DNA of 63,999 nt, counting the filler, from Sphacelaria rigidula (lineage: Eukaryota), in the NCBI GenBank assembly GCA_964200075.2. It is 5 parts of 5 records of this genome, joined end to end, with 100 filler letters (N's around TTAATTAATTAA, not from the genome) between each part and the next. Parts side by side here need not be neighbours in the genome. Positions count along the whole stretch, not along the records: positions 51,389 to 63,999 come from CAXNAA020003570.1; 4 more parts are not named here. The stretch is one strand, 5' to 3'. Below the pieces are notes generated by a model, which did not search any database, was not told the DNA's origin, and saw nothing but the letters and a program-made list of their open reading frames with translations. The position numbers were made by a program, and so were the translations under genes. Shown piece by piece: positions 52,763 to 63,999 of the stretch (the stretch's first letter is position 1; each line of letters starts with the position of its first letter).

Positions 52763-53245
52763 CTGCCGCAAGAAAAGCGAGGGTCAGTTACAGGAAAATC
52801 GGAGATACGCGCGGAGAGTGTAGGAAAAGGAGGATCCAAATTGGTGGCGTTTCGCGAGGCCGGTCACACGAGACGCACCGCGGATTGCAGGAGGCATGCT
52901 TGACCACCCCGTGATGCATATACGTTTCATCTCGAGATCTCAGTACTACATGGAGGTATACTGTCAAGATTGTCTCATGACGTGGTGGTGTTGAGTACAT
53001 TAACCTGGCCTCAGTGCCATAAGTTACGATCACCCATCGTAATCTAGACTATACCGTACTGTAGTGTTTCTGTTGAGCCTGTCACACCTCCACTACTGTA
53101 TTCACTATCGGCCCTGCTAAAGACAGCACGGCACATAATTCGATACACTCTCGGTTTCATGTTATGTGGTGAAGCGAAAGCGCAATCTACGGCGGTTACA
53201 GCCTGAGAAGAGTGAGCTCAGTCCAGCCGTACACCAATCACGCAC

Positions 53246-53836
53246 CTCGTACATGTATTGGTCGTACTGCGTCCCCTCGAATGTCGTTGTGCAATAGCTG
53301 TCACTCCCCCAAGAGTTGGAATGCAGCATGCAACCCGTGTCCTCGGTTGCTTCCCACAATGCGTTTACCGCCACCGATGCCCACACGCCTTGGCCGTCGA
53401 ACGACACGTCAAAGATGGCCAGCTTCGCTCCTGAGGCCATCCCCGCATTCTCCGTGAGCGTGGCAGAGACGTCCTCGTCGAGACACGGCTCGGTATCGGC
53501 ACCGTAACCATCGCACTCGAACTGCGGACACCATGTATCGAAATCGGGCACCAGCGCTAGCGCCAGGTTCCCAATGAGACTTGTTACGTAGGATGTGTTG
53601 AGACAACCTCCGATGCAACCAAGAGTGTCCGTGCCCGTGCACGTGTCCGGTACAGCGGGGTCATTCAAGGGAGCGCCCGCTGCCGATCCAGCCGTGTGTG
53701 TACCATGGCCGTCCTCCGTGTCCGCGCCGAAACCAGAGGACGTGAACCACTGGTAAGGGCCCGCACCGTTACTTGTGTAAAAGTAGGCAGCATCTCCTAT
53801 GGGGTCCGGTGCGACTAAGCGGATGTACTGGACGAT
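53246..53836 (-). CDS. S8 subtilisin exon with catalytic His
   Basis: tag|IVQYIRL...DGHGTHTAGSAAGA...GMASGAKLAIFD...HSNSWGS...YDQYMYE|gtgcgt; 591 nt, in frame. Confidence 0.92.
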
Positions 53837-54348
53837 CTATGTGAGCCGAACACCGAAGGGCGGTACATGAGAGGTGAGGACATATGAGAAGCTGCGGTGT
53901 CGGGTACGACGTCCAGTGACAAGCCCGTGCCCGGTTGATCAATCAAAAATGAAGCGTGAATTACGCTCCGCGTACACGGCGCTCCCACCCATTTCCTGGA
54001 CAACGTACTTGCGGCATTCCAGCCCTGAGTGCTTCGCTTCCGTTTGGCTCTGAGCGCCTATATGGCGAAGTATCAAGTGCACAAACCTAATGAAAGGCGC
54101 GCTAAACAGCGACCCCACGTCCAAACGCGGGGAGCAAAGCGCGGAAGTGACTCTGGCAATAGTGAAACAACAAAACGAAGGCACTGGCTGCCCGACGACA
54201 AAAATTCGCGTCCCTTGTTGAATGTCGGGTGACAGGGAATGTTTCGCACCGCGACCTCCAGCACGTTTTGCTCACCATGTAGAGCTGGCATTTCATCGAA
54301 CTTGTTACACGTTGGTGATGCTACAAACAACATATCTCTAAACCTCAC

Positions 54349-54519
54349 CTTACGCCGACTGAGATCAAACGGGAAGTAGCCACCGGACGCCATCGTAGCA
54401 AACTCGCTAGAGCTGGGTCCATATACCCCGACCTCGTCAAACAGGTAGCCATGTTCAACTTCTTCTCCATCCTCATCGATGAAGAAACAATGTGTCTCGT
54501 CGAGCCCAGAGTCGACAAT
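54349..54519 (-). CDS. S8 subtilisin exon with catalytic Asp
   Basis: cag|IVDSGLDETHCFFIDEDGEEVEHGYLF...FDLSRRK|gtgagg; contains the DSG motif. Confidence 0.9.
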
Positions 54520-56280
54520 CTGTCGGCGGGTGCGACGGTGTGCGTGAGCCGAAAGCACGTCGCCGCGTTCAAACTCTTCGTCGTCCTCATAGATAAAATA
54601 TCAGTTTGTTCCTTTCAGCCCGGAATCGACGATATGTCGGCGGGTGAGACAGTGTGAGATATATGAAGTTGGCAACTGCATCACCGTACAGCCACGTGAA
54701 CTACAGTTCGAGGTCTTCGGCGGACCGGTGATCCATTTGAGCCCATGCATATCGTTGCGTTCCTTGCTGCTTGAATCGACAATATCACCGCAAGTATAGT
54801 GCTGAAGGAAAGAAACCATGCTGTTGGATGTTGTAGTGATGTATCGTAATACTGCACACAGCGAGTTGGGGTCGAAGAAATTACGAGACGAGACCATCTA
54901 CACATCGCGAGAACAAGCCGTCAACATATAATGAGTAAGATCCCGTAGGATGTATTGGGTAGAGGATCGGTGGATGTGCGACGTTCAGTGAATCAGTTGA
55001 AAACTAGCGGGGGTAATCTGGGGTACACTCTGCTCTATCGCTCACGACTTCTGCAAAATATCACCTAGTGCGATGGTCACGGGGCATCATACTGTGCCGC
55101 GTACTCCCTTAACGAAACAAAACAGGTTCCGCTGTGCATCGCACCTCAAACGTACAGATACACACTACTGGAATAACCAACCGCGCCTCCACCAGTGAGA
55201 TATCTCGGCATTGTAAACGAACGACACTAGACTGTGTCACGTACAATGATGCCAGTGCAGTAGATACCCCAGAATGTTCCTTTCCTACTGAAGGAATATA
55301 TCCTTTGACTACGACACATATCGGAACATTTACCTCAGGGCCATCGGTACATGGAAGCATACCGTGAACACTCAAGCAAGGCGAGTATATTTCGTGTCCT
55401 GAGCCGAGTGTGCGTTGGCAGATCTCACATCAGCCCCTGTGGCGCCGACTTGGGCCAAAGCTCGTGCTGCACACTCTGGGGCTTCCAACCCTGTTAGCAG
55501 CCGAATATGATGGTGTAAACTAATACCAAGTCCATGTATACCACGGACTTTTGCCGCCGGGTTCGCGTAATCTCTGCTGTACTAGGTATGTAAAAGCCGA
55601 GACGCATACAGTTCGCTGTGGGCACCCATGGACACGATTTGACTTCTTCCAAATCAAGCGCCAAGTACGGCACAGTAGACCACAGCTGACCCGGCAGCGT
55701 GCTAGCTTCATGGTATTATATCTGGGCATAAATCCGCTCGATGGCGCTTGATACTTTTTTGGGTCTCGAGAAAGTAGCTTCCAGTGACCGTGAGGTAGTT
55801 GGAGGGGTATCGCATCGCCCCACGTACGAATGGAGAAGCAATCGCCCCGCCCCGGTGATCCAACCGGCCTATCCGCACAACACTTCACTACTTGGGGAAG
55901 ATCGTGCGGGCGCGAATGCTGGCAGTCGCCAGAAATTGTCAGCGCGTGAGTTGACGGAAAATAGAAATTTCGATGTGAGTCAACGGACTGCGAGGATGCT
56001 GTATAACTATCTGCAAGACACATACCGGCAGAGGCACGGCTTGAACCCTCGATACTACGGACTCGTCGAGCAGAAGAGGGGGTGGAGACCAAGATATCTC
56101 GTAAATAGGGTAAAGAATAGGTCTGCCCTACCATAACGGGACACAATCATCATTACTTGAGTGAATAAAGCTTCGGAACCGGCGTTAAACCGGGGAGGTA
56201 GGTAACATGACCAATAGAGATGGCTCTCACTTTTGTCCCCCACCCGACTGTACTTCTACTCTCCTACCAACAGTCTTCAC

Positions 56281-56537
56281 CTGGATAACCTCGTCCGTGC
56301 CATCCAAGCCCGCCTCCGTCAGCGGCTTCTGGGAGGTGTCGATGGTACCAGCCTGAATCACCGACGCCGCGACAGCGTTATGAAGCTTCGATCGGTGAAG
56401 AGGTGACACCCGCAGCACCTCAGGGGCAGAAGCGAGGAAGGACACCAGGCCCATGAAGCAAGCGACCTTGAGCTCCTCAGCCTCTTCGCCGTCTGTCCCC
56501 CCTGCACCTCTTCCATCCGGCAGCAAGTGATCAATAC
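56281..56537 (-). CDS. S8 subtilisin-like serine protease (KP-43/Tag-like), prodomain/mature junction exon
   Basis: (G)IDHLLPDG...ELKVACFMGLVSFLASAPEVLRVSPLHRSKLHNAVAASVIQAG...LTEAGLDGTDEVIQ|gt. The GLDGxxEVIQ segment leads into the catalytic Asp exon. Confidence 0.85.
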
Positions 56538-59179
56538 CTTCAAAGCGGCCGAGAGCAAATCATATCGAACACATTGAATTTATCACATCAGCGGCTGATA
56601 GTACGCTAGCTGCGGTTGTGGGCAGTGGATCTCGACAGTCCAATCCCTGCAGGAATCGAGTCTGACCAAGGCCCGAGAAGCCTGCCCCAAGCCTAGGCAG
56701 ACCGTCATGGGGCGGCAGCAATAATGTCAAAGTGGGAGATCATGCCCATTGCAGCCTGGCTCGTGCATTTTCTTTCGATGAGGCTGATATATCATCGCCC
56801 CCTCACCCCACAAAAAGCCCACTCGAACCCCCAACGCGTGCGCGAGGAACGAGTCACTAAAGCTTCCCGTGATCCTCGGACACACAGTCGCTACGTCGCT
56901 GAAATTGAAGCAGCCTCTGAATAGAGGTAAGTGGGAACACTGAGGGACAACTAGAAGGCACCTCTGCCATGGTTCCCTGCGGATTTCAAGCCCGAGGACG
57001 TCCAACACACCGGAGGTATCGATTGATGGATAAGTCAACGGGACAGCACATTTTTTCATGTGTTGTTTGTCGTGGAGAAGGGGAGGCGGCGTGAGCGTGC
57101 TGAGATATTACATAAAAGAATAGAAAATGTCGAATACGCCTGTATGGGTACCGATGAACATGTGAACAGTAAGTTGAATGCGACCTGAGACATTCTACAT
57201 CTCTTGGGTGATGATGAGGATAACTGGGGAGGATCGGCCTGAGGATAAGATGTAGAGATAGATATTGAGCTTGCAGACACGGAAGTTTGCACCCTGAGGT
57301 AAAAGGGCCCTAGATCGGAGGGTGGTACCCAACATAATGTAACTGAGTTTATGGCATGGGCGGGTACAAGAGCCCGTGACAAATAATACAACTATCTGTG
57401 CACGCGCATGGACGACACAATAATAGTTCGTCATTTTCACGCCGCTAGCGCTCGTGCCTTTTTAACGGAAGAGTTGACCCAGCAGAGATAGGCATCAGCT
57501 AAGGGGAACAAGGTAGACACGGCACTTTAGGGTCGTTCCACCGCAATCCAGGGCCGCTTCTGTTTCCCCAGGAAATTGCTGACGGGCGTACGAACCTAAA
57601 TACCACTGCACTGCTGCCTCTCCGTACCATTACTTGTGCATATGACAGGACTCCCAACTTAAGCTGTGCACTTTCCGGGGTGCATTGTGTGAAGAACTGA
57701 GCTATGCGCACGATTTGTGCATGCTTCCGCTGGGGTATACTTGTTGCCCCACGCCTCCGCTGCGGGATTCGACCCGCCACATAAATCACATTGTGTGCCC
57801 TCGAGATCATTTCGTGGCCTACAAAAGAATGTTGACCAAAATCGACGAAGCTGGCGACAACAGTATTTCCTGCCATACTTTTGCGGACAACAAGAGGGTA
57901 TTTACGATCAGATGTGTTACAAACACAAAAATGTTCACATGAACGAATGTGAATTATATATTTTAGGGACAACATTAGAGCCTCTGCCGGGATGAACTTG
58001 CACAGATTTCCAATAGCGATTTGTTGGTCTGAAAACGGCCACGTTTCAGCCAGTTTAGAGGTACGTGGTGGCTCAAACACACGCTAGAACGTGCATGTGG
58101 AACACGATGGACACTTGAGGGCATGCGCTCGCCAGGGATGCCATGACGTTATCTCGTCACGCAGGTGTGTAGCGAAAAATTGTATGATGCTGCAAAATCA
58201 GGATCTACAGCCTGCGTTCGGAAACAGCCAATAACTGATATAACCAAGGCAGCGGCCGCTGAATCACATGCGACAGGTCTACGGCCTGACTTGTACAGTA
58301 AGTGTGTTGCCGTACATGCAGACAGCCCCAAGGCAGCCACGCTCAGGCGATGGCTCACCAAATCAGTCGAGGAGCGAAAAATGCGGCTCGTAACAACAAA
58401 AGTCGTGATAAGCTGACATGATGCCTGTCTTCGATCCGACTTCGCTATTCGGAGATTCTTCATTTTTTACCGGAGAGTCCAAAATGAAAGACTCCAAGTC
58501 AACAATGCCGCGCAAAAACATATGTCAGAGGGAAATCGGCGTGGTGTCTCGGGGTTGTGACATGCGATCGTTGGAAACGGGTGTTCATTTCAAGGCGTGC
58601 AGAAGCAGCTACCGACGCGCTCGCGAATGATACCTTCAGTCAGCCAGACATGGAGCCACCGGCTACCTCAGAGGAAAGTGTCTGTTTCAACGGAGTGAAC
58701 GCGATAGTGGGCGAGCAGCAGCAATTTGCGCAAAAAAGTATTTCACGTTCAGTCAACCCAGTCATTTGTGAGCAACTCGCGGTTTATGAAACGCAAGTAC
58801 GCTGACAACAAACCAGGCACGTCGTGGAATGCTTCACGTTCACGATTTGTTATAGGGAATGTCATTTACCGTTGGTTGGTATTTTTGCCGTATGTCTTTT
58901 CACGCCATGCACAACCGCTCTGGACTCAGGCCGGGCAATGGGAACAAAAATGCCCAAAAACCAGGGTGCCGCATTTTCTTGCTTGCCAAAATACCTTACA
59001 AAAGATACGCCTTCAGTCAGCAAACGTCTCCAGCACATGTAGACCCTTGAACACTTTGTCTAGCTGTTTGTTGTTTGGCTGCTGAGCATATTTTTTTGTG
59101 TTTATTCGGATTTGATTTCGTTTTTTCACGCTTGGTTTCCGTTTTTCGAGGAAAATCACAATAACACGGCCTGCATCCA

Positions 59180-60022
59180 ACTCGTACCCGATAGTTATGT
59201 GAGCTCTGTAAGCCTCTCGTAACGGTACCCAGCATTTCTGAGAGTCATATAAGCCTCCCACAACTATACCCAACAGTTCTGTGGGAGTTGTAGGATTTTT
59301 TTGCCCTTACTCGGGGCACGGGTAAACTCTTGTAGGTATACCCAGCTGCGGGCGAGGGTTTCTGTACAACCTCTACACCATACGCGACAAGTTCTGTAAT
59401 AAGCAATCTCATACCCTACCGAAAATACCCGTACCCTACAGAACATGGTTTTGGATGTTTTCCTCTTTCAACCATCCGAACGGGAATTCTTGAGGGAAAA
59501 GAAGTACCAATACCAAAACCAAATCCAATTATGCCAAAAAGTAATCATGAATCGAAGCATGGTCGGAAGATTTCAAGTCTATATTGTTCCGAATTGTACG
59601 ATTTTTTTTGTGTGTAGCTGGCGTATCTACTGGGGTATTAAACGTACTGGACGGGCTCTGCGGCTTCTGGGTTCTGCTACTTCTGTAAGCTTCCCATACC
59701 CGCACCGGACAGTTCTGTAAGTTTTGTGAGCCTCCGAATACCAATACCCGACAGTTGTGTGTACGATTTGCACGAAATGCTTACTGTTACCCAGAGCATG
59801 GGTATACCCTCATAGTTGTACCCGATTGCCGGAAGGGATTTACGTGGAAGCTCCATACTCTACCCGATAGGTTCTTCAGGTTCTGTACGATTTCATACCG
59901 ATCAAGGATAACTCTGAAGTTTTTTAAATACTTCCATGCCGGTACCCTACGGTTCCGTAATGTCTGCAAGAAATCCCGTGTACGCTACCCAACATACCCG
60001 TACCCTACAGAACACAACCCTT
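59180..60022. repeat. TACCC/TTCTGTA-rich repeat, probably two partial MITE copies
   Basis: ATACCCGTACCCTACAGAACA occurs at ~59425 and ~59994, with recurring gttctgta and taccc motifs. The matching opposite terminus was not found. Confidence 0.5.
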
Positions 60023-63000
60023 GAAGCTTCAACATGATACTGTACGCCCACCAGTGTATCAAGTATCAGTATTGAATCGTTGCCGCGAACGAAAATCCTC
60101 GAGAAAGACAAAACCAAGAGAAGCAGAAGTCTCATCATTTTGTGAGGCCGAGAACACACAATTTTGGTCTCGAATGATATTTGCTCGCATGCCCTACAGT
60201 AGTTGTGTGTGAAGCGACAACATATGTTACGCAGTAAATAATGAAGAATGTGCGATCGAGTTTTGGATTGTGTGATGGCGAAATGACCATCGCGTGTGTA
60301 CAATATTAGTATCTGTGTTGACAGCTGTTGGGAAATATCCATCATTGGTTTCTGCGCTGCGATGGATATAACTAAGCCTAAGCCCTCGGAGGGGGTAGCC
60401 ATTAGCGTTCATGGCATGCAGTTGAAGGCCAGCAGACATGTGGTGTAATGCTTCATCGAGTCCGCAACCCCCATCGCGTGTTGTTTGTCTGAGGGGCGGC
60501 AAAGAACGCGACACTAAAGCAAGAGCGACACTGGACAAAAATTTGGCAGTTTTGAGTTTGCGCGGTACACACAAGTTTCATATTGTCATCAGAATCTTCA
60601 AAATTGTTGAAAACACCCCCTCGAAAAAGGAGAGCATACAGGCAGGTTCACGCTTTCGACCCACACTCTTCTTTTCCGTTTTTCTTGTTTCAAGTCGGCC
60701 ATTTCTTGCTGTGCTTTGCTTGTGTTGACTTTTTTAAACATTTTTTTTTTGTCACAACTTAGTCTGCTATGCCTTTCTGTTCGACCCCTCTTTCTTTCTT
60801 CTCTGTTCCTTCTTTTTCTCTCAGGGCGTGTTTCATTTTGGTTTTTCTTGGGTACGTCTGTCATAAGACCACGGCTGAACCCCTGGGGGGTCAGCTAAAG
60901 TGCGATAATCAATCAAATCAATCAAATCAATCAATTCACTCATCCACAAGTGTTCACACCCATTCTTCGAATTAGACTCTGGAAGTTTGTAAACATACAC
61001 TACGGGATATTACGAGTTTTTCTAAGGATTTTTTTTTCTTTTTTGCCGCCGGTTATTGGGGTTTCCGGGATCCTGGTGGGTAACATGCCATTCTTGAACC
61101 CCCGAAAACCGGTGAAGAAATCAAACGACGAAAAAAAAAACGATCTCTTGAAAAAATCGAAATGCCCCGTAGTGTGTGTGCAGGTATTTTAGAGTCCAAC
61201 TCGGCGTTAACGTCAACGTTTTTTTGTGAGATCAAGTGAGCTTGAACGGTACAGACTCCTGACTACTTCGTTTCAGTTTTGAAACACAACTTCCTCGGGT
61301 ACGTTTGTTCGACGTTCAAACGGCTCCATTACATCAGTTTCTTTAGTTACGCAACAACGCTTGACTCAAATATTGAACTACCCCAGGACGCGCAATTCTT
61401 CTATTTTTCATTTTGGGCATTCTGTACCAGCTTCCAGGGATCCTCGCGTCAAGACCCCCGGAAGCTGTTGAACAGCGGGTAAACTATGAAAAGCTGCCAT
61501 CGACGCATTTCCACTTTTGTTTGGAACATCATTACTCGCCGAGCTGCTAACTTTGAGGCCGGTCGGAGCTTTCCTACGACACATTTAGAAAAAATCGTCG
61601 GGAGCATTTCTCGGTCTTTGGTGCACGCGGGCTAGTTCACGCACATCACTCGAAATTCACGAACAGGCAAATGTCCCCTGCAATACCTTCCCAATGCAAA
61701 AAGAAACTCACCAGAAGTCATTTGGGGGAACATGCCTTTTCATAACGACCTGTGTTCGGTCCGGTCGAGAGCACATATTTCTTTCGGTAGGCATTTGCTC
61801 CTTGCCCAGTAGGGCCACATGACCGATTTTTCATATCTTTATACAGACTGGTTCACGCTTTTAACCTCAAACTCATCAATCAGCCTTTGCCTTCCACGAT
61901 ACCTACCCAAGTGTAGCATACAAGGTATCATACTGACCGCCATAGGCGACTGAAGAAGATGACAGCAGAATTTTTATTCGAGACCATGGTGGTGACGCCA
62001 AGGGCGAAAGAAGGGCGGAAAGGTACCTTCACCAATGAAATTGCCCTGCAATTCAGAACACGAATGAACGCCGAACACAATTTCCACCTTATCTCCACAT
62101 GCTTCACACAGTGGTAGACATGGATACGTCACGATCGCGAGGGAGAACAGCAAAAGCTATCGGCAACTCAACGGTGGACGACGGCACGGGAGGGTCAGAA
62201 ATAATGGACCTGCCCCCGACAAGACTCGCCGCGATCAAATTCGTGTGGTTGTTGTTTGCAACTCTCACGTGTCTTGATGCCTATTTGTGTCCGGCACTGA
62301 GCAGGACATGCATATACTTTTCATTGCCCGAGTTTCAAGTGAGGCTATTTCGCCCTACAGTATGTTTATTGAGTTGTACGATAGAGAGCTTCGCATATAT
62401 ATATATATATACATATGATCAATGAATTAAAGTGGAATGAGTTCAGAGTGGAAGCTGTTGAAAGCTCAGAGTGGACGCTGAAAAGTTCATGGCAGAAGCT
62501 GATGTGACGTGGCTTGACATGATTTCTTTTTGTCACAGTGATCGGCCGCAGGTTGCCCCACCAAATGTGCGATCGACCAGGGTTCAGTTCGAAAATGAAG
62601 AGGTCAACACAGCCTGCAGCACTGTACGATGACTGTAGCGAGTCTGTTTTGTACCATCCCCTGCGGCACCGTACCGTACCGTACCATACCGTACCGTACC
62701 GTCCCCTTCACTGCACTTGCACAGTCCTGGGTGCCTGAACTATTAATTCAGTAGGTTCTTCGTGATTGGCGATATTTTTAGGCTCTTTCGCTTGCCACCG
62801 CTCATCACATTGAGAATTTGAAGATACTTAAACCCGCTCAACATTCCAAGAAAAACAATCATCTGTATTCAATATTAAGTGACGTACGCGCTGACCGGTC
62901 ATTGGGGGTCCTGACACGTTACAGCCCAGACTCTGACTCTTCGGTATTTTCGGCCAATGGAGCCTACCCGGATCGTATTTATGGAAAAATGTACGGGTTT

Positions 63001-63921
63001 CTTTTTTCGGAATTCCACCTACTTATTGCACCAGAGGCGAAAAACTATGTTTCACTGTCAATAACACCCTCCTCATAAACGGGGTATTTACTTGTATCGC
63101 CCGCTAAAACCAGTTGACACTAACGTGGGCACCGGGGGGGGAGGGGGGGATGATATGTTCATTTTACGAGAATCTACCGACGAAAGCACGTTCGAGTTTT
63201 ATCGAAGAGTCGTCGCGAGAAAAAACCCTTCTGAACAAAACACACTTCAGGCGCCCGGTACTATACGGTGCACCAGAGGGCACTGTAGTGCTGTAGTGTT
63301 GTGCAGTATGGAGTGCAGACAAGGCAGTACAGACAGCGCAATGCAGAAACCTACCGACGGTATATTGCGGTACGGTAATGTACAGCGATCCCGTCCAGAG
63401 AGTGCAGTACGGCAGCACTTCCAGCAACAGACAAATCTGCATTGCAATGCTTTTCCAACATGCCACCCTTGACGGTGGTGCAAGACATAATGACCTCCAA
63501 CGGAATGGCAATACAGCCAGGCGTAGCACTGCTTGTACGCTGTAGACTACGAATAGTTCACACCGTTTTTTTCCAGCTGGGGCTGGCAAGAGTGAGGAGC
63601 TGCACCCAAGGCAACGTCTTGTACCCGACGAGCATTCATATTTCACGCAACACAACCAAGCGGATCATGGCGGCGTCAGGGAGGTCCTCTGATTGCGGTG
63701 CCAAGCGTTGCTACTTCGTGAATGGTCCGTTGTTAAAGGCATGGTAGTTGCGATGAGTGACCCACTCTGCTCGTTTGGGTGTTGTGATTGTGAACTGCCT
63801 GTGGCGGTGGTGGTGTGGGGGTAGGGGTGGTTCTTTTTCGTTCCGCTATGAAGTCTGCAGGGGCACATCGGTTTCAAGAGTGGAATGCTCCAAACCGGAC
63901 TCTCACTCTGAGAAGGTGACT

Positions 63922-63999
63922 GTGTGTGTTGTCGTCCCATCTATTCTGGGCGCCAGTCTACACCTTTCGGTATATGTGGGCGTACCAGCCGGGGTCACA
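63922..63999 (-). repeat. Copy of the retroposon 3'-end-like repeat
   Basis: Near-identical to 2911-2990 (catctat.ctgg.cgccagtctacacctttc...gccggggtcaca). Confidence 0.7.

Overview
Eukaryotic, intron-rich, transposon-dense DNA. It is most consistent with a brown alga (Phaeophyceae, Ectocarpus-like); this is an inference from gene content, intron style and repeat types. The window is not one locus. It is five short scaffolds (1-12748, 12849-25596, 25697-38443, 38544-51288, 51389-end) joined by artificial 100-bp N44-TTAATTAATTAA-N44 spacers and apparently sorted by length. Partial spliced genes I can support: MMAA/MeaB GTPase (two exons around a 10.9-kb TE-filled intron); NAD(P) transhydrogenase with an apparent bipartite plastid-targeting leader; a formate/nitrite (NAR1-like) transporter exon; a DUF3754/TMEM143-like gene (5 exons); and an S8 subtilisin with a complete D/H/S triad (6 exons). 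The rest is a decayed APE-RT LINE, two Ty3/Gypsy remnants, a piggyBac-like derivative, several MITE families (TA, 8-bp and 4-bp target duplications), a long foldback palindrome and a tRNA-headed SINE-like family. I found no clearly novel multi-gene system. The best leads are the putatively plastid-targeted transhydrogenase and some unusual repeat architectures.
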